Origin: Elusimicrobiota bacterium
GTDB lineage: Bacteria > Elusimicrobiota > Elusimicrobia > F11
Length of the DNA stretch: 64,000 nucleotides
NCBI GenBank assembly: GCA_022072025.1
Contig: JAJVIP010000010.1
Coordinates: forward strand, 178,050 to 242,049
Direction: 5' to 3'
A program made the translations under genes and the position numbers. The stretch's first letter is position 1. Every line of letters begins with the position of its first letter. This document shows positions 1-8,676 of this stretch, in pieces. The notes below the pieces were generated by a model. The model was not told the DNA's origin, searched no databases, and saw only the letters and a list, made by a program, of their open reading frames with translations.

Positions 1-3000
1 GTCAATGGCCATATCCCCATATTGGACCCCTGCAGGAAACCATTTCAAAACACCTGGGGTGGACTTCAACTGAATCGCGTTCTGAAATTCGAGAATTAAT
101 CCGTTGTTCGGCCGGAGCGCCTCAATACACGGCCCAACAAGGTGACGATTGAAATATTGCGCGTACTTCACCCACAGACGGTCGGAATAACGGGGTGTTG
201 AATCTGGTCTATCAGCAAGCAGATTCTGACGTTGGACAAACCAAGGGTCAGGCGCAATGGGCGAACTCTCTAACTTTGATTCCCTCACGAGATAGCGCAC
301 CACCCAAGCATCAGGTTGTTCATCAGATGATGATCGAACCGCCTGCGCAATTTTTTCCATACACAAGTTATCGACCAGCCAGGAATATGAATTGTTTGCA
401 ATTCCAGCCCGAGCCGCCAAAAAGAGCATGTGAAGAAATGTCGCATTTGCATTTTTAAAGCCAAGTGGACGTTCTGGGTTGTTGTTGTAGAGATCGTGAA
501 GAAGGCGTTCATCAGCCGAATCCCACCTCTCAATGTCTTGATGAATAACCTCTTTCAGCGTATCGACAACAGGCTGGACAGGAGCTTCAAGCATGAGAAA
601 AATGGCATACAACCCGCCCAGCCTGGCCCTCCAAAGGTATTTGTCGGGATCAAAATCAGGTTCGATACGGGGATCAAAACCAACAGGAAGAAGCGGATTT
701 TTTAAATTTTCAAGAACAGCCCTCACAACCTCGGATGTTTTTGTCCCACTGCAAATATTCGCGGCAGATAAAGCCACATGATGATCCGGATCAGTCATTG
801 CCAAAAACAAGAGTCTGAGATCCTCTGGCTTGGCAGCATCCAACTCAGCGAAAATAAGAGCTTTTCGACGCTCCCAGTTTCGCCCCACAGGCCCAAGCCA
901 AACATACCTGCGGTAGCCCGCCTTTTTGGCCGTACCGTACGAGATCTTCATGCAAGAACTTAAATGAGAGAATTTCTCTCCGAGTCGCGAGTCAATCTCA
1001 GTCTCAAGAAAAGCCCTAATTTCACTCTCACGATCAAAGAGCGCCATAGCGAGTTGCTCCGTGGTTGCATTTTCAAATATCCTCGTGAAAGTTTGATCCA
1101 ATTCCTCCTCAAGGGTTGCAAGCGGCACGCCACGCAAGGATTTTTCTAGCGAGCGCTCGGCCACCCAAACCAGCCGTTGCTTGAATTCTTGAAGCATGGC
1201 TCGGTCTGAATTGCTTGCGAGCCGATTTTTTATGGTCCGTTCAAATAATTTTTGAACCTTTTCCTTCAGATCACGGGAATAATTCCGGGGGACATTCAAA
1301 TCCATATCCCCCCATCGGCCAGGGGTCAGATTGATCAACACGTTGGCCATTCGCTGAGCGAAGAAGAGAGTCAATATCACCGCTCCCTCCGTCCTTTCTA
1401 CGGCAAGCAACAACGCACGGTTCCCCCCGCGCCAATATCTCCACATCCAAATTCGCACGTACTCCAAAGAAAGGTTGACCGAAGCAGCAACACACAAGAC
1501 CAGCCCTCGGTTGTGGACGGCATCTGAGAAACCGGGCTCGGCCAGGAAGAGTTTCTGGCCTTCAAAGAGTTTATCGAGCGGGGTTTTTTCTTGGGCGAAA
1601 GGGGTCAGATAAGCCGGGCCTGCTTCCCGGTCCACCTTGGTCACCTTCGGAACGAAATCAATGACGGTGTGGCCGGCGTGGACGAGACGTTGAGTGAGAC
1701 CGGCAGAGTGGAAGCCACCGGCGACCAACAATGAAACCCCTCCTAACTCTCCTCGGCGAGTCGCCTTTGGCGACCTCCCCCCTGTGCGACGTGGGGAGGA
1801 ATATATAACGGACAACGATTGAAGAATATTTCGCGCCATTTTCTCATCGCGGATTTCGGCTTCTTCATAAAAAACTTCAAATTTCGATTTTCCATTTTCT
1901 ATTTTCGTCTTCTTGTACTCGTCCCACTCCTCTCTGGTCAACGCGAAATCCAGTAATTTTCTGGTGAGATATTGCCGTTTTCCCCTTTCCACCAGGTCCT
2001 GTTCATTCAATGTGGGTGAGAGGGCGGCATAGGTCTTATTTTCGACCTCACGCATCTCCCCAAAAAGTTTTTCCGCATCTATCCGTTCAGACAACGACAC
2101 ATAGCGCAGGTAATCCCGGAACGCCCGAAAAGGGGTGATGTCTATTCCATGCTTGCCGCAGAGGTCCCGCAAATAGCCATGAAAAGCGGTGTGATCCATC
2201 TGCCCCTTGCGGTACCACAGAGATTTCTCAAAAAACGATTGGGAGGCTTCTTTGGATAACTTCGGCAGGAGTTGAGAAAGAAGACGCGCTCGTTCAGCTT
2301 CAACTCGATTGAAATCGAGACTTGACTCAAGAGAGAAGGCTTCCCGAAAAATTTTCAACTGGGCCGAGTGGTTTTGGTCAAGGACAGCCCTTCGGGCTGC
2401 CACTTTTCCGGGGCCTGTATTCCCGGAAAAGTACTGCGAAGTGGAAACCCCGGACTTACGTCCGGGGCTTGTGCTGCAGTCAGGGAGAATTTTAATGTAA
2501 TCACCCAATGACATTGCACCTGCCCGGTAAGCGGTGACCGCACGGTCAAACGCCAAGAGCGCTGGATTCATGGATTTTTCTTTTTCGACTTCCAAGCGGC
2601 GACCATCATCCGCCCATTTCTTTTTCAAATCTTCCTGATGCGGCGCGGCCGAGCGGTACGCCTCGACGTTGGCGGCGTGGTGGGCGGGGTCGTCGACACC
2701 AAGAAGGGGTGGGAAGGAAAACGTATTTTTTTTAGGCGGACTCGTCATCAACGCATGAACCGGTCCCGATATTTTCCCTTGAGCCAGAAGAGTGTCCGCT
2801 GTTTTTTGGACGGCGGCTTGATCCGGAAAAATTTGGAATGCCTTTAAATCAATGGGGCCCGACGATCCTTCAAGAGCGACCTGGTCCACCATTCCTTGAT
2901 CGACCAGCGCCCGCACCGCCTTGCTGATGTTGGATTGGGCTTCGAAATTCTTATGGATATCTTGTATGAGAATAATGGCCGGGAATTTGGGATTTGGTGA

Positions 3001-3303
3001 TTTTGGCTGAGTCACTTTTCTAATACTGCCGAATTGAAGAAGCCCCTTAAGCGAATCATTTTCAAAATAATTTCTCCCGCTCTTCTTTTCGGGGGCGGGA
3101 ACATCCAACCCTGGTAAATTGAACATTCTTGGTTGGGGAGCGGGCAGAGCGGCCCATTGGCTGGAGTTGTTCTTATCGGAATTTGTCGCTTTCCTCCGCG
3201 CCTCCCACACATGGGTTTCGAATGAGTGCGCGAACGCGCAATTCGTCAAAAAATAGAGGAGGGCCAAGAGCACGATAAATGGTTGATTTCGGTATATTTT
3301 CAT
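1..3303 (-). CDS. Large predicted secreted protein of unknown function; N-terminus complete, C-terminus beyond left window edge (>=1100 aa); not in supplied ORF track
   Basis: Manual translation of the minus strand (codons occupying 3k+1..3k+3) gives one uninterrupted frame from ATG at 3303-3301 down to nt 1 with no stop. N-terminus MKIYRNQPFIVLLALLYFLTNCAFA resembles a Sec signal peptide. The track presumably omitted it because its stop lies outside the window. Only weak TraB/GumN-like motifs (QDIH, LLVAGGFHSAGL). Carries an in-frame copy of repeat family B at 2385-2482. Confidence 0.7.
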   Translation of the reverse strand, partial: MKIYRNQPFIVLLALLYFLTNCAFAHSFETHVWEARRKATNSDKNNSSQWAALPAPQPRMFNLPGLDVPAPEKKSGRNYFENDSLKGLLQFGSIRKVTQPKSPNPKFPAIILIQDIHKNFEAQSNISKAVRALVDQGMVDQVALEGSSGPIDLKAFQIFPDQAAVQKTADTLLAQGKISGPVHALMTSPPKKNTFSFPPLLGVDDPAHHAANVEAYRSAAPHQEDLKKKWADDGRRLEVEKEKSMNPALLAFDRAVTAYRAGAMSLGDYIKILPDCSTSPGRKSGVSTSQYFSGNTGPGKVAARRAVLDQNHSAQLKIFREAFSLESSLDFNRVEAERARLLSQLLPKLSKEASQSFFEKSLWYRKGQMDHTAFHGYLRDLCGKHGIDITPFRAFRDYLRYVSLSERIDAEKLFGEMREVENKTYAALSPTLNEQDLVERGKRQYLTRKLLDFALTREEWDEYKKTKIENGKSKFEVFYEEAEIRDEKMARNILQSLSVIYSSPRRTGGRSPKATRRGELGGVSLLVAGGFHSAGLTQRLVHAGHTVIDFVPKVTKVDREAGPAYLTPFAQEKTPLDKLFEGQKLFLAEPGFSDAVHNRGLVLCVAASVNLSLEYVRIWMWRYWRGGNRALLLAVERTEGAVILTLFFAQRMANVLINLTPGRWGDMDLNVPRNYSRDLKEKVQKLFERTIKNRLASNSDRAMLQEFKQRLVWVAERSLEKSLRGVPLATLEEELDQTFTRIFENATTEQLAMALFDRESEIRAFLETEIDSRLGEKFSHLSSCMKISYGTAKKAGYRRYVWLGPVGRNWERRKALIFAELDAAKPEDLRLLFLAMTDPDHHVALSAANICSGTKTSEVVRAVLENLKNPLLPVGFDPRIEPDFDPDKYLWRARLGGLYAIFLMLEAPVQPVVDTLKEVIHQDIERWDSADERLLHDLYNNNPERPLGFKNANATFLHMLFLAARAGIANNSYSWLVDNLCMEKIAQAVRSSSDEQPDAWVVRYLVRESKLESSPIAPDPWFVQRQNLLADRPDSTPRYSDRLWVKYAQYFNRHLVGPCIEALRPNNGLILEFQNAIQLKSTPGVLKWFPAGVQYGDMAID
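2385..2482. repeat. Palindromic repeat element, family B copy 1 (three consecutive hairpins), embedded in-frame in the 1-3303 CDS
   Basis: About 85% identical to 30598-30697. Hairpins: cagccc-ttcg-gggctg; acttttccgggg-cctgtat-tcccggaaaagt; ccccggac-tta-cgtccgggg. Translates in-frame as ...RKSGVSTSQYFSGNTGPGKVAAR... Confidence 0.6.
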
Positions 3304-3447
3304 CAAGAAACATTTAATCAAGAAGAGATTAAAACTCGATTAAGAACCTGTAAAAGAGTTGTAAAAATTCTCCCCTTTTGTAACACTTCGGCCCATGGAT
3401 ACCGTCGTAAATAAAGCCTGGGTGACAAGTTTGCCCCTCCCAAAACC

Positions 3448-4773
3448 ATGAAACTGGTCATTATCGGGGCCGGGCCGGCAGGCGAGGCGGCTGCCAAAAC
3501 AGCCAGGGCCCTTGGCTCTTCCCACACAGAACCCCTCGACATCACTCTCATTGAAAAAGAAGAGGTGGGAGGCTTGTGTCTCAACAAAGGCTGCATTCCA
3601 TCAAAAACACTTTTGGAAGAAGTGCGCAAACGCGTGCAAGGCGACCTTCCCATCACATGGCCGGAAATTCAATCCTTTAAAACAGAAGTTGTTTCAGGAA
3701 TTCGAGGCCAATTAGAAAACGCGTTTAAAACACAACGTATAAAACTGATCAAGGGATCCGCCCGGTTTAATTGGCCCTCCTCTCTTGAGATTGTGTCATC
3801 GAATGGAACCCAAACCATCCATTTTGATAAAGCGATTATTGCCACAGGAACCGCGTCTTTCTTCCCTCCCCCACTCGATCAATTTCGAGATCTTCTTTGG
3901 GACAGCGACCGCATGCTCAATATTTCTCACACCCCCAAAAGTATCATCATCGTGGGAGGGGGCGCCGTGGGATGCGAATTTGCCTGTCTGCTGAATGCCG
4001 CGGGGGCAAAAGTGACGTTGATTGAACTCAAAGACAATCTGCTCCCCGGAGAGGACCCCCAGATCGCGGAGGCCCTGGCCAAAATCTTTGAAGCCCGCGG
4101 CATGGTTATCAAAACAGGAAACAAGGTGGTCGCCGCAGAAAGAAATGAGCAGGGATGGCAATTGGCCCTCTCCAAAGGAGACATTCTCCAATCTGAAGAG
4201 GTGTTGGTGTGCGTGGGCCGACTTCCCGTTTATAAAGACCTTAATTTGGACTCCGCCGGAATTCGAACTGAAAACAACCGATTGGTTTTAGATGACCGTC
4301 TCCACACCACGAACCCCAACGTGTTGGCAGCAGGAGACGCCGCCACGACGCGATTGGCTCACGCGGCCGCGGTCCAAGGTGAGGTGGCGGCTATAAACGC
4401 TCTGGGAGGAAATGAACGGTTTGATGATTCCCTGACTCCTCGCTGCCTCTACAGTTGGCCGGAAGTGGCCAGCGTTGGGAAATGGAAATATCAGCTGGAG
4501 GAAGCCAACAAACCGGTCAAAACCACCCGGGCATTTTTCAAAGGATCATCGAAAGCCTTGGCGTCCAAGGAGGCCGAAGGATTTGTGCAAATTGTTTTCG
4601 ATCCCGACACAGGAAAAATTTTTGGCGCTCAAATAATCGGCCCTCACGCGACGGAACTCATCCACAACTTCTCCATCGCAATAAAAACACAAATGACTCT
4701 CAAAGATTTAAAACAAGTGATGTTCGCCCACCCCACCTTAAGTGAAGTGATTCGAGACGCCGCCCGAAGATAA
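3448..4773 (+). CDS. lpdA: Dihydrolipoyl dehydrogenase (E3 / glycine cleavage L-protein), FAD/NAD pyridine nucleotide-disulfide oxidoreductase
   Basis: N-terminal GAGPAG dinucleotide-binding motif, redox-active GGLCLNKGCIPSK disulfide motif, C-terminal dimerisation region; leads a lipA-gcv operon; TAATG stop/start overlap with lipA. Confidence 0.8.
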   Translation: MKLVIIGAGPAGEAAAKTARALGSSHTEPLDITLIEKEEVGGLCLNKGCIPSKTLLEEVRKRVQGDLPITWPEIQSFKTEVVSGIRGQLENAFKTQRIKLIKGSARFNWPSSLEIVSSNGTQTIHFDKAIIATGTASFFPPPLDQFRDLLWDSDRMLNISHTPKSIIIVGGGAVGCEFACLLNAAGAKVTLIELKDNLLPGEDPQIAEALAKIFEARGMVIKTGNKVVAAERNEQGWQLALSKGDILQSEEVLVCVGRLPVYKDLNLDSAGIRTENNRLVLDDRLHTTNPNVLAAGDAATTRLAHAAAVQGEVAAINALGGNERFDDSLTPRCLYSWPEVASVGKWKYQLEEANKPVKTTRAFFKGSSKALASKEAEGFVQIVFDPDTGKIFGAQIIGPHATELIHNFSIAIKTQMTLKDLKQVMFAHPTLSEVIRDAARR

Positions 4774-5714
4774 TGATGCCGACCCAAGATAAAATTATTG
4801 TACAGAACCGCCCCTTCCGTTTGAGACTGCCCAAATATTTCACCCAAACCATTCCTTCTGGCCCGGCGTTTGACGCCGTCCAAAATTCCATTAAAGAGTT
4901 TAAGTTGAACACGGTGTGCGAGGCGGCCAAATGCCCCAACCGCACCCATTGTTATGAACGGGGCACCTTGACCTTCCAAATTCTGGGCGATACCTGCACA
5001 AGGTCCTGCGGTTTCTGCGCCGAAAAATTTTGGTCTCCCAACAGCAATCCTTTGGGCCCTGTGGATCCCTCTGAACCCTTTCGTGTGGTTGAGGCCGCCA
5101 AAAAGTTAAAACTCCAACATGTGGTCATCACCTCACCAGCGAGAGATGATTTGAAGGATCAGGGATCAGGACAGTTCGTGGCTGTCATCAACCATTTCCG
5201 AAAGGAAATGCCCCACGTGACAGTGGAAGTTCTGATTCCAGATTTCCAAGGACAACAAGAATATCTCGATTCCGTTTTTGCCGCATCCCCTGACATTTTT
5301 AATCACAACATTGAAACGGTTCGCCGCTTGACGCCCAAAGTGCGGAGCAAAGCCACTTATGACCGGACTTTGTTTGTCTTAAGTACGGCATCGGCCTATA
5401 GACCAAGGACTATGGACCATAAACCATTCCGGACGAAGTCCGGAATTATGGTGGGCCATGGCGAAACGAGAGAAGAGCTGCTTCAAACTTTCCAGGATTT
5501 GATGGCTGTCGGTTGCCAAATGTTGACCCTGGGCCAATATCTCCCTCCTTCTCCTCATCATTTGCCGGTGGACCGATTTTATACGCCGGAAGAATTTGAC
5601 CAACTGCGGCAAGAAGCCCTACAATGCGGCTTCGTTGACGTCGCCGCAGGACCGCTTGTCAGAAGCTCCTACCACGCAGACGAATCAGTGAGAAAGACAG
5701 TACTTGGTACTTAG
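4773..5714 (+). CDS. lipA: Lipoyl synthase
   Basis: Radical-SAM CxxxCxxC (CTRSCGFC) plus N-terminal auxiliary cluster cysteines (CEAAKCPNRTHC); typical length 313 aa. Confidence 0.9.
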   Translation: MMPTQDKIIVQNRPFRLRLPKYFTQTIPSGPAFDAVQNSIKEFKLNTVCEAAKCPNRTHCYERGTLTFQILGDTCTRSCGFCAEKFWSPNSNPLGPVDPSEPFRVVEAAKKLKLQHVVITSPARDDLKDQGSGQFVAVINHFRKEMPHVTVEVLIPDFQGQQEYLDSVFAASPDIFNHNIETVRRLTPKVRSKATYDRTLFVLSTASAYRPRTMDHKPFRTKSGIMVGHGETREELLQTFQDLMAVGCQMLTLGQYLPPSPHHLPVDRFYTPEEFDQLRQEALQCGFVDVAAGPLVRSSYHADESVRKTVLGT

Positions 5715-5738
5715 TACTTCGTACCTTCGCAGAGGAAT

Positions 5739-6842
5739 ATGAAAACACCCTTTTACGACAAACACATCGCGCTCGGAGGCAAGGTCGTTGATTTTTTTGG
5801 ATGGGAACTTCCCATCCAATACTCGACCATCACGCTCGAACACAATGCCGTTCGGAACAAAGCGGGACTCTTCGACATTTCCCACATGGGCCAAGTTTTT
5901 GTTTGGGGACGCGGCGCTTTCGATTTCCTCCAAAATCTCACCACCAACGACCTCAAAAAAGCCGATATCGGCAAAGGCATTTACTCGCATTTGCTCAATG
6001 ACAAAGGCGGAGTCATTGACGACATTTTTATTTACCGCTTGGAAAGCGACAAATTCCTCGTGATCGTGAACGCCTCCCGCCGCGAGTTTGACCTGGCGTG
6101 GATGAATCAACATAGAACCAATTTTGAAGTAAAAGTCATGGAGGCTCCCTTTGCAGCGGCTTTCGCGCTCCAGGGACCGAACGCCGAAAGCATCGTTGCC
6201 AAACTGAACCCTGAAATCGCCCGGTTGCCTCGCTTCGGCATCAATGAATTTGAAATAGGAGATCTATCCGTGCATGCGGCCCGCACAGGGTACACCGGAG
6301 AAGATGGTTTTGAATTTTTTGCGCCCGCCGGCCATCTCTTGATTGTTTGGGACCAAGTCATTGCGGCCGGAAAAGAGTTTGGCCTTCTGCCCTGCGGTCT
6401 CGGCGCGCGTGATACGCTGAGGACCGAAGTGGCTTACCCTCTCTATGGACACGAACTGGATGAAAACCACACATCCCTCGAAGCGGACTTGGGGTGGGTG
6501 GTCAAATTGGACAAAGGAAATTTCATTGGCCGACAAGCTTTGCTAAAGCAAAAAGCTGGCGTGTTGCCCAGCCGGCTTTTGGGATTTAAGGTAGAGTCCG
6601 GCGGTGTGGCGAGGGGCGGCGGAAAAATTTTACTGGGCGGCAAAGAAGTGGGCTCGGTTGCGAGCGGCACTTTCGCGCCATCCCTTGGATACGCCATCGG
6701 CATGGCTTATTTTCCACCTGACACGGAACAAGATGGCGTCAAATTTATGATCAAGCAAGGAGAGAGAAATCTGGAAGCGGTAACGGTTAAGATGCCGTTC
6801 TACAAGCCGTCAGCTGTCAGCCCAGCGAAAGTGAAAATCTAA
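5739..6842 (+). CDS. gcvT: Glycine cleavage system T protein (aminomethyltransferase)
   Basis: 367 aa; conserved GcvT N-terminus (KTPFYDKHIALGGKVVDFFGWELPIQY...), followed by gcvH and gcvP subunits. Confidence 0.9.
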   Translation: MKTPFYDKHIALGGKVVDFFGWELPIQYSTITLEHNAVRNKAGLFDISHMGQVFVWGRGAFDFLQNLTTNDLKKADIGKGIYSHLLNDKGGVIDDIFIYRLESDKFLVIVNASRREFDLAWMNQHRTNFEVKVMEAPFAAAFALQGPNAESIVAKLNPEIARLPRFGINEFEIGDLSVHAARTGYTGEDGFEFFAPAGHLLIVWDQVIAAGKEFGLLPCGLGARDTLRTEVAYPLYGHELDENHTSLEADLGWVVKLDKGNFIGRQALLKQKAGVLPSRLLGFKVESGGVARGGGKILLGGKEVGSVASGTFAPSLGYAIGMAYFPPDTEQDGVKFMIKQGERNLEAVTVKMPFYKPSAVSPAKVKI

Positions 6843-6857
6843 ATCGCACAGTCTTTT

Positions 6858-6931
6858 TCGAGTTTCGAGTTTGTGACTTGTAATTTTGAGTTTAAAAACT
6901 CTAAGTTTCAGATTTCAAACTCTAAACTCGA
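6858..6931 (+). promoter_or_regulatory. Long imperfect palindrome / GAGTTT direct repeats in the gcvT-gcvH spacer (possible attenuator, RNA stability or processing element)
   Basis: cgagtttcgagtttg ... caaactctaaactcg form a ~15-bp inverted repeat enclosing an inner gagttt-aaaa-actc hairpin; sits 26 nt upstream of the gcvH GTG start with AGGAGG RBS at 6946-6951. Confidence 0.35.
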
Positions 6932-6956
6932 AGCGACGTCTTAACAGGAGGACGAA

Positions 6957-7337
6957 GTGATCAACCCAGACCAATGTAGATTCGCTAAATCCCATGAGTG
7001 GTTAGCACCCGACGGCACCGTCGGCATATCGGACCATGCCCAAAAAGAAATCACCGATGTGGTGTTTGTGGAATTGCCCAAATTGGGAAAAGACGTAATA
7101 GCGGGAGAGGCGGTGGCCGTTGTGGAATCGGTCAAAGCGGCGTTTGATATTTACGCTCCCGTATCAGGAAAAATCGTGAAAGTGAACACGGAGGTCAGCA
7201 AAAATCCCGCCCTCGTAAACCAATCACCTTACGGCAAGGGCTGGCTTTTCACCATTGAAAAAATAAACGGAGAAGAGGAGAAAAAACTTATGGATCATCA
7301 ATCCTATCTCTCCTTCCTTTCTTCTGACGAGCACTAA
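6957..7337 (+). CDS. gcvH: Glycine cleavage system H protein (lipoyl carrier)
   Basis: 126 aa, GTG start with AGGAGG RBS; lipoyl-lysine motif VESVKAA; HEW motif near N-terminus. Confidence 0.9.
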   Translation: MINPDQCRFAKSHEWLAPDGTVGISDHAQKEITDVVFVELPKLGKDVIAGEAVAVVESVKAAFDIYAPVSGKIVKVNTEVSKNPALVNQSPYGKGWLFTIEKINGEEEKKLMDHQSYLSFLSSDEH

Positions 7338-7338
7338 T

Positions 7339-8676
7339 ATGTTCCAACCGAATTCCGCTCTTGACGAAAAAAAATTACTGGCCGCGGTGGGCGTTTCCTC
7401 TTTTGAGGAATTGATTCAACGCCTGCCCAAAAAATACGTTAACCCCGGCCTCGGCCTGCCCAATGAAATGGCGGAAATGGATTTGACGCGTTTTCTCACC
7501 GATCTCTCCAACAAAAATGGGCAACCCCTCAGTTTCTTGGGGGCTGGTTCTTACGATCATTTTATTCCCACCGTCGTATCGGCTTTGAGCAACCGCGGTG
7601 AGTTTTCAACGGCCTACACACCCTACCAGCCCGAAGCGAGTCAAGGCACGCTGCAAGTGATTTTTGAATTCCAAAGCATGGTCGCTGAAATCTACGGCAT
7701 GGACATCGCCAATGCCTCTCTTTATGACGCGGCCACCGCCTTGTCTGAAGCCGCCTTGGTGGCCTTTCGGCACACCGATCGACACATTCTTCTTATTCCC
7801 GATGCTCTCCATCCCCATTATCGCCGCACCCTTGAAACCTATTTTCTAGAAAACACCCCCTATCGCCTTGTGACGCTTGCTTGTCCTGAGGGAACCATCG
7901 ATCCCAATGATTTGGATGCCAAACTCAAACAAAATGAAAATCAAGTGGCCGGCGTGGTCGTTCAAACCCCCAACTTTTTTGGCTGCCTGGAAAACGGAAG
8001 CGTCATCGCCGAAAAAGCCCATGCGGCAGGAGCTCTTTTGATCGCCTCTTCCAACCCGCTCGCTCTGGGAGTTGTTTCTCCCCCTGGAGAATTCGGGGCC
8101 GACATTGCCGTGGGAGATGGGCAACCGCTGGGACTCTCCTTGTCCTTTGGAGGCCCGTATGTGGGCCTGTTCGCGTGCAAAAAAGAATTGATGAGGAAAA
8201 TGCCGGGCCGCATCTGCGGACGGACTGTAGATGTAAACGGCAAACCGGCCTTTGTTTTGACTCTCCAAGCGCGCGAACAACATATCAGGCGGGAGAAGGC
8301 CAACTCCAACATCTGCACCAACCAAAACCTCTGCGCCACAGCCATGACCATTCACACCGCCATGCTGGGGCCCGAAGGACTCAAAGAAACCGCGGAACTG
8401 AACCTCCAACTCGCCCACTATGCCGCTGAACAGTTGAGCCAACTTCCTGGTTTCAATTTAAAATTCACGGCTCCCTTCTTTAATGAGTTTGTTCTTGAAT
8501 TACCGGAGGAGGCAGAGACATTGCAAAAGAAAGCTCTCGAACTCGGCGTTCTTGCAGGTCTCCCGCTCAAAACTTTTTATCCCAAACTCGACCGGCACTT
8601 GCTCATCAATGTGACTGAGAAAAAATCAAAAGAGGACATTGACCGACTGGTGAGCGTCCTAAGGAGTCTTAAATGA
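7339..8676 (+). CDS. gcvPA: Glycine dehydrogenase (decarboxylating) subunit 1
   Basis: 445 aa, N-terminal half of split P-protein; adjacent to gcvPB with 4-nt overlap. Confidence 0.9.
   Translation: MFQPNSALDEKKLLAAVGVSSFEELIQRLPKKYVNPGLGLPNEMAEMDLTRFLTDLSNKNGQPLSFLGAGSYDHFIPTVVSALSNRGEFSTAYTPYQPEASQGTLQVIFEFQSMVAEIYGMDIANASLYDAATALSEAALVAFRHTDRHILLIPDALHPHYRRTLETYFLENTPYRLVTLACPEGTIDPNDLDAKLKQNENQVAGVVVQTPNFFGCLENGSVIAEKAHAAGALLIASSNPLALGVVSPPGEFGADIAVGDGQPLGLSLSFGGPYVGLFACKKELMRKMPGRICGRTVDVNGKPAFVLTLQAREQHIRREKANSNICTNQNLCATAMTIHTAMLGPEGLKETAELNLQLAHYAAEQLSQLPGFNLKFTAPFFNEFVLELPEEAETLQKKALELGVLAGLPLKTFYPKLDRHLLINVTEKKSKEDIDRLVSVLRSLK

Noticed and set aside
2309-2500. Small plus-strand ORFs 2309-2500 and 30521-30715 with similar peptides (..PEKY..TPDLRPG..)
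   Set aside because: They are translations of the two family B repeat copies, not conserved proteins.
3304-3447. Glycine riboswitch upstream of the lpdA-lipA-gcv operon, or in the 5715-5738 lipA-gcvT junction
   Set aside because: I looked for the conserved tandem-aptamer motifs (GGAGAG...CACCGAAGGGGCAA-like) by eye and did not find them. This cannot be excluded without a covariance-model search.
5436-5463. Perfect 9-bp palindrome attccggac-gaa-gtccggaat inside lipA
   Set aside because: It lies within a conserved coding region and is probably coincidental. It shares CCGGA with the repeat families but none of their other structure.
7311-7382. Apparent 2-nt mismatches between the displayed nucleotides at the 7320/7321 and 7380/7381 line junctions and the ORF-track translations of the gcvH C-terminus and gcvPA N-terminus
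   Set aside because: Most likely a reading or transcription slip on my part, or a display artefact. All other spot checks (3448, 4773, 5739, 6957, 10213, 12655, 13779, 14981, 30773, 32253, 37887, 63959) agree with the track, so I followed the track and did not call a frameshift or pseudogene.
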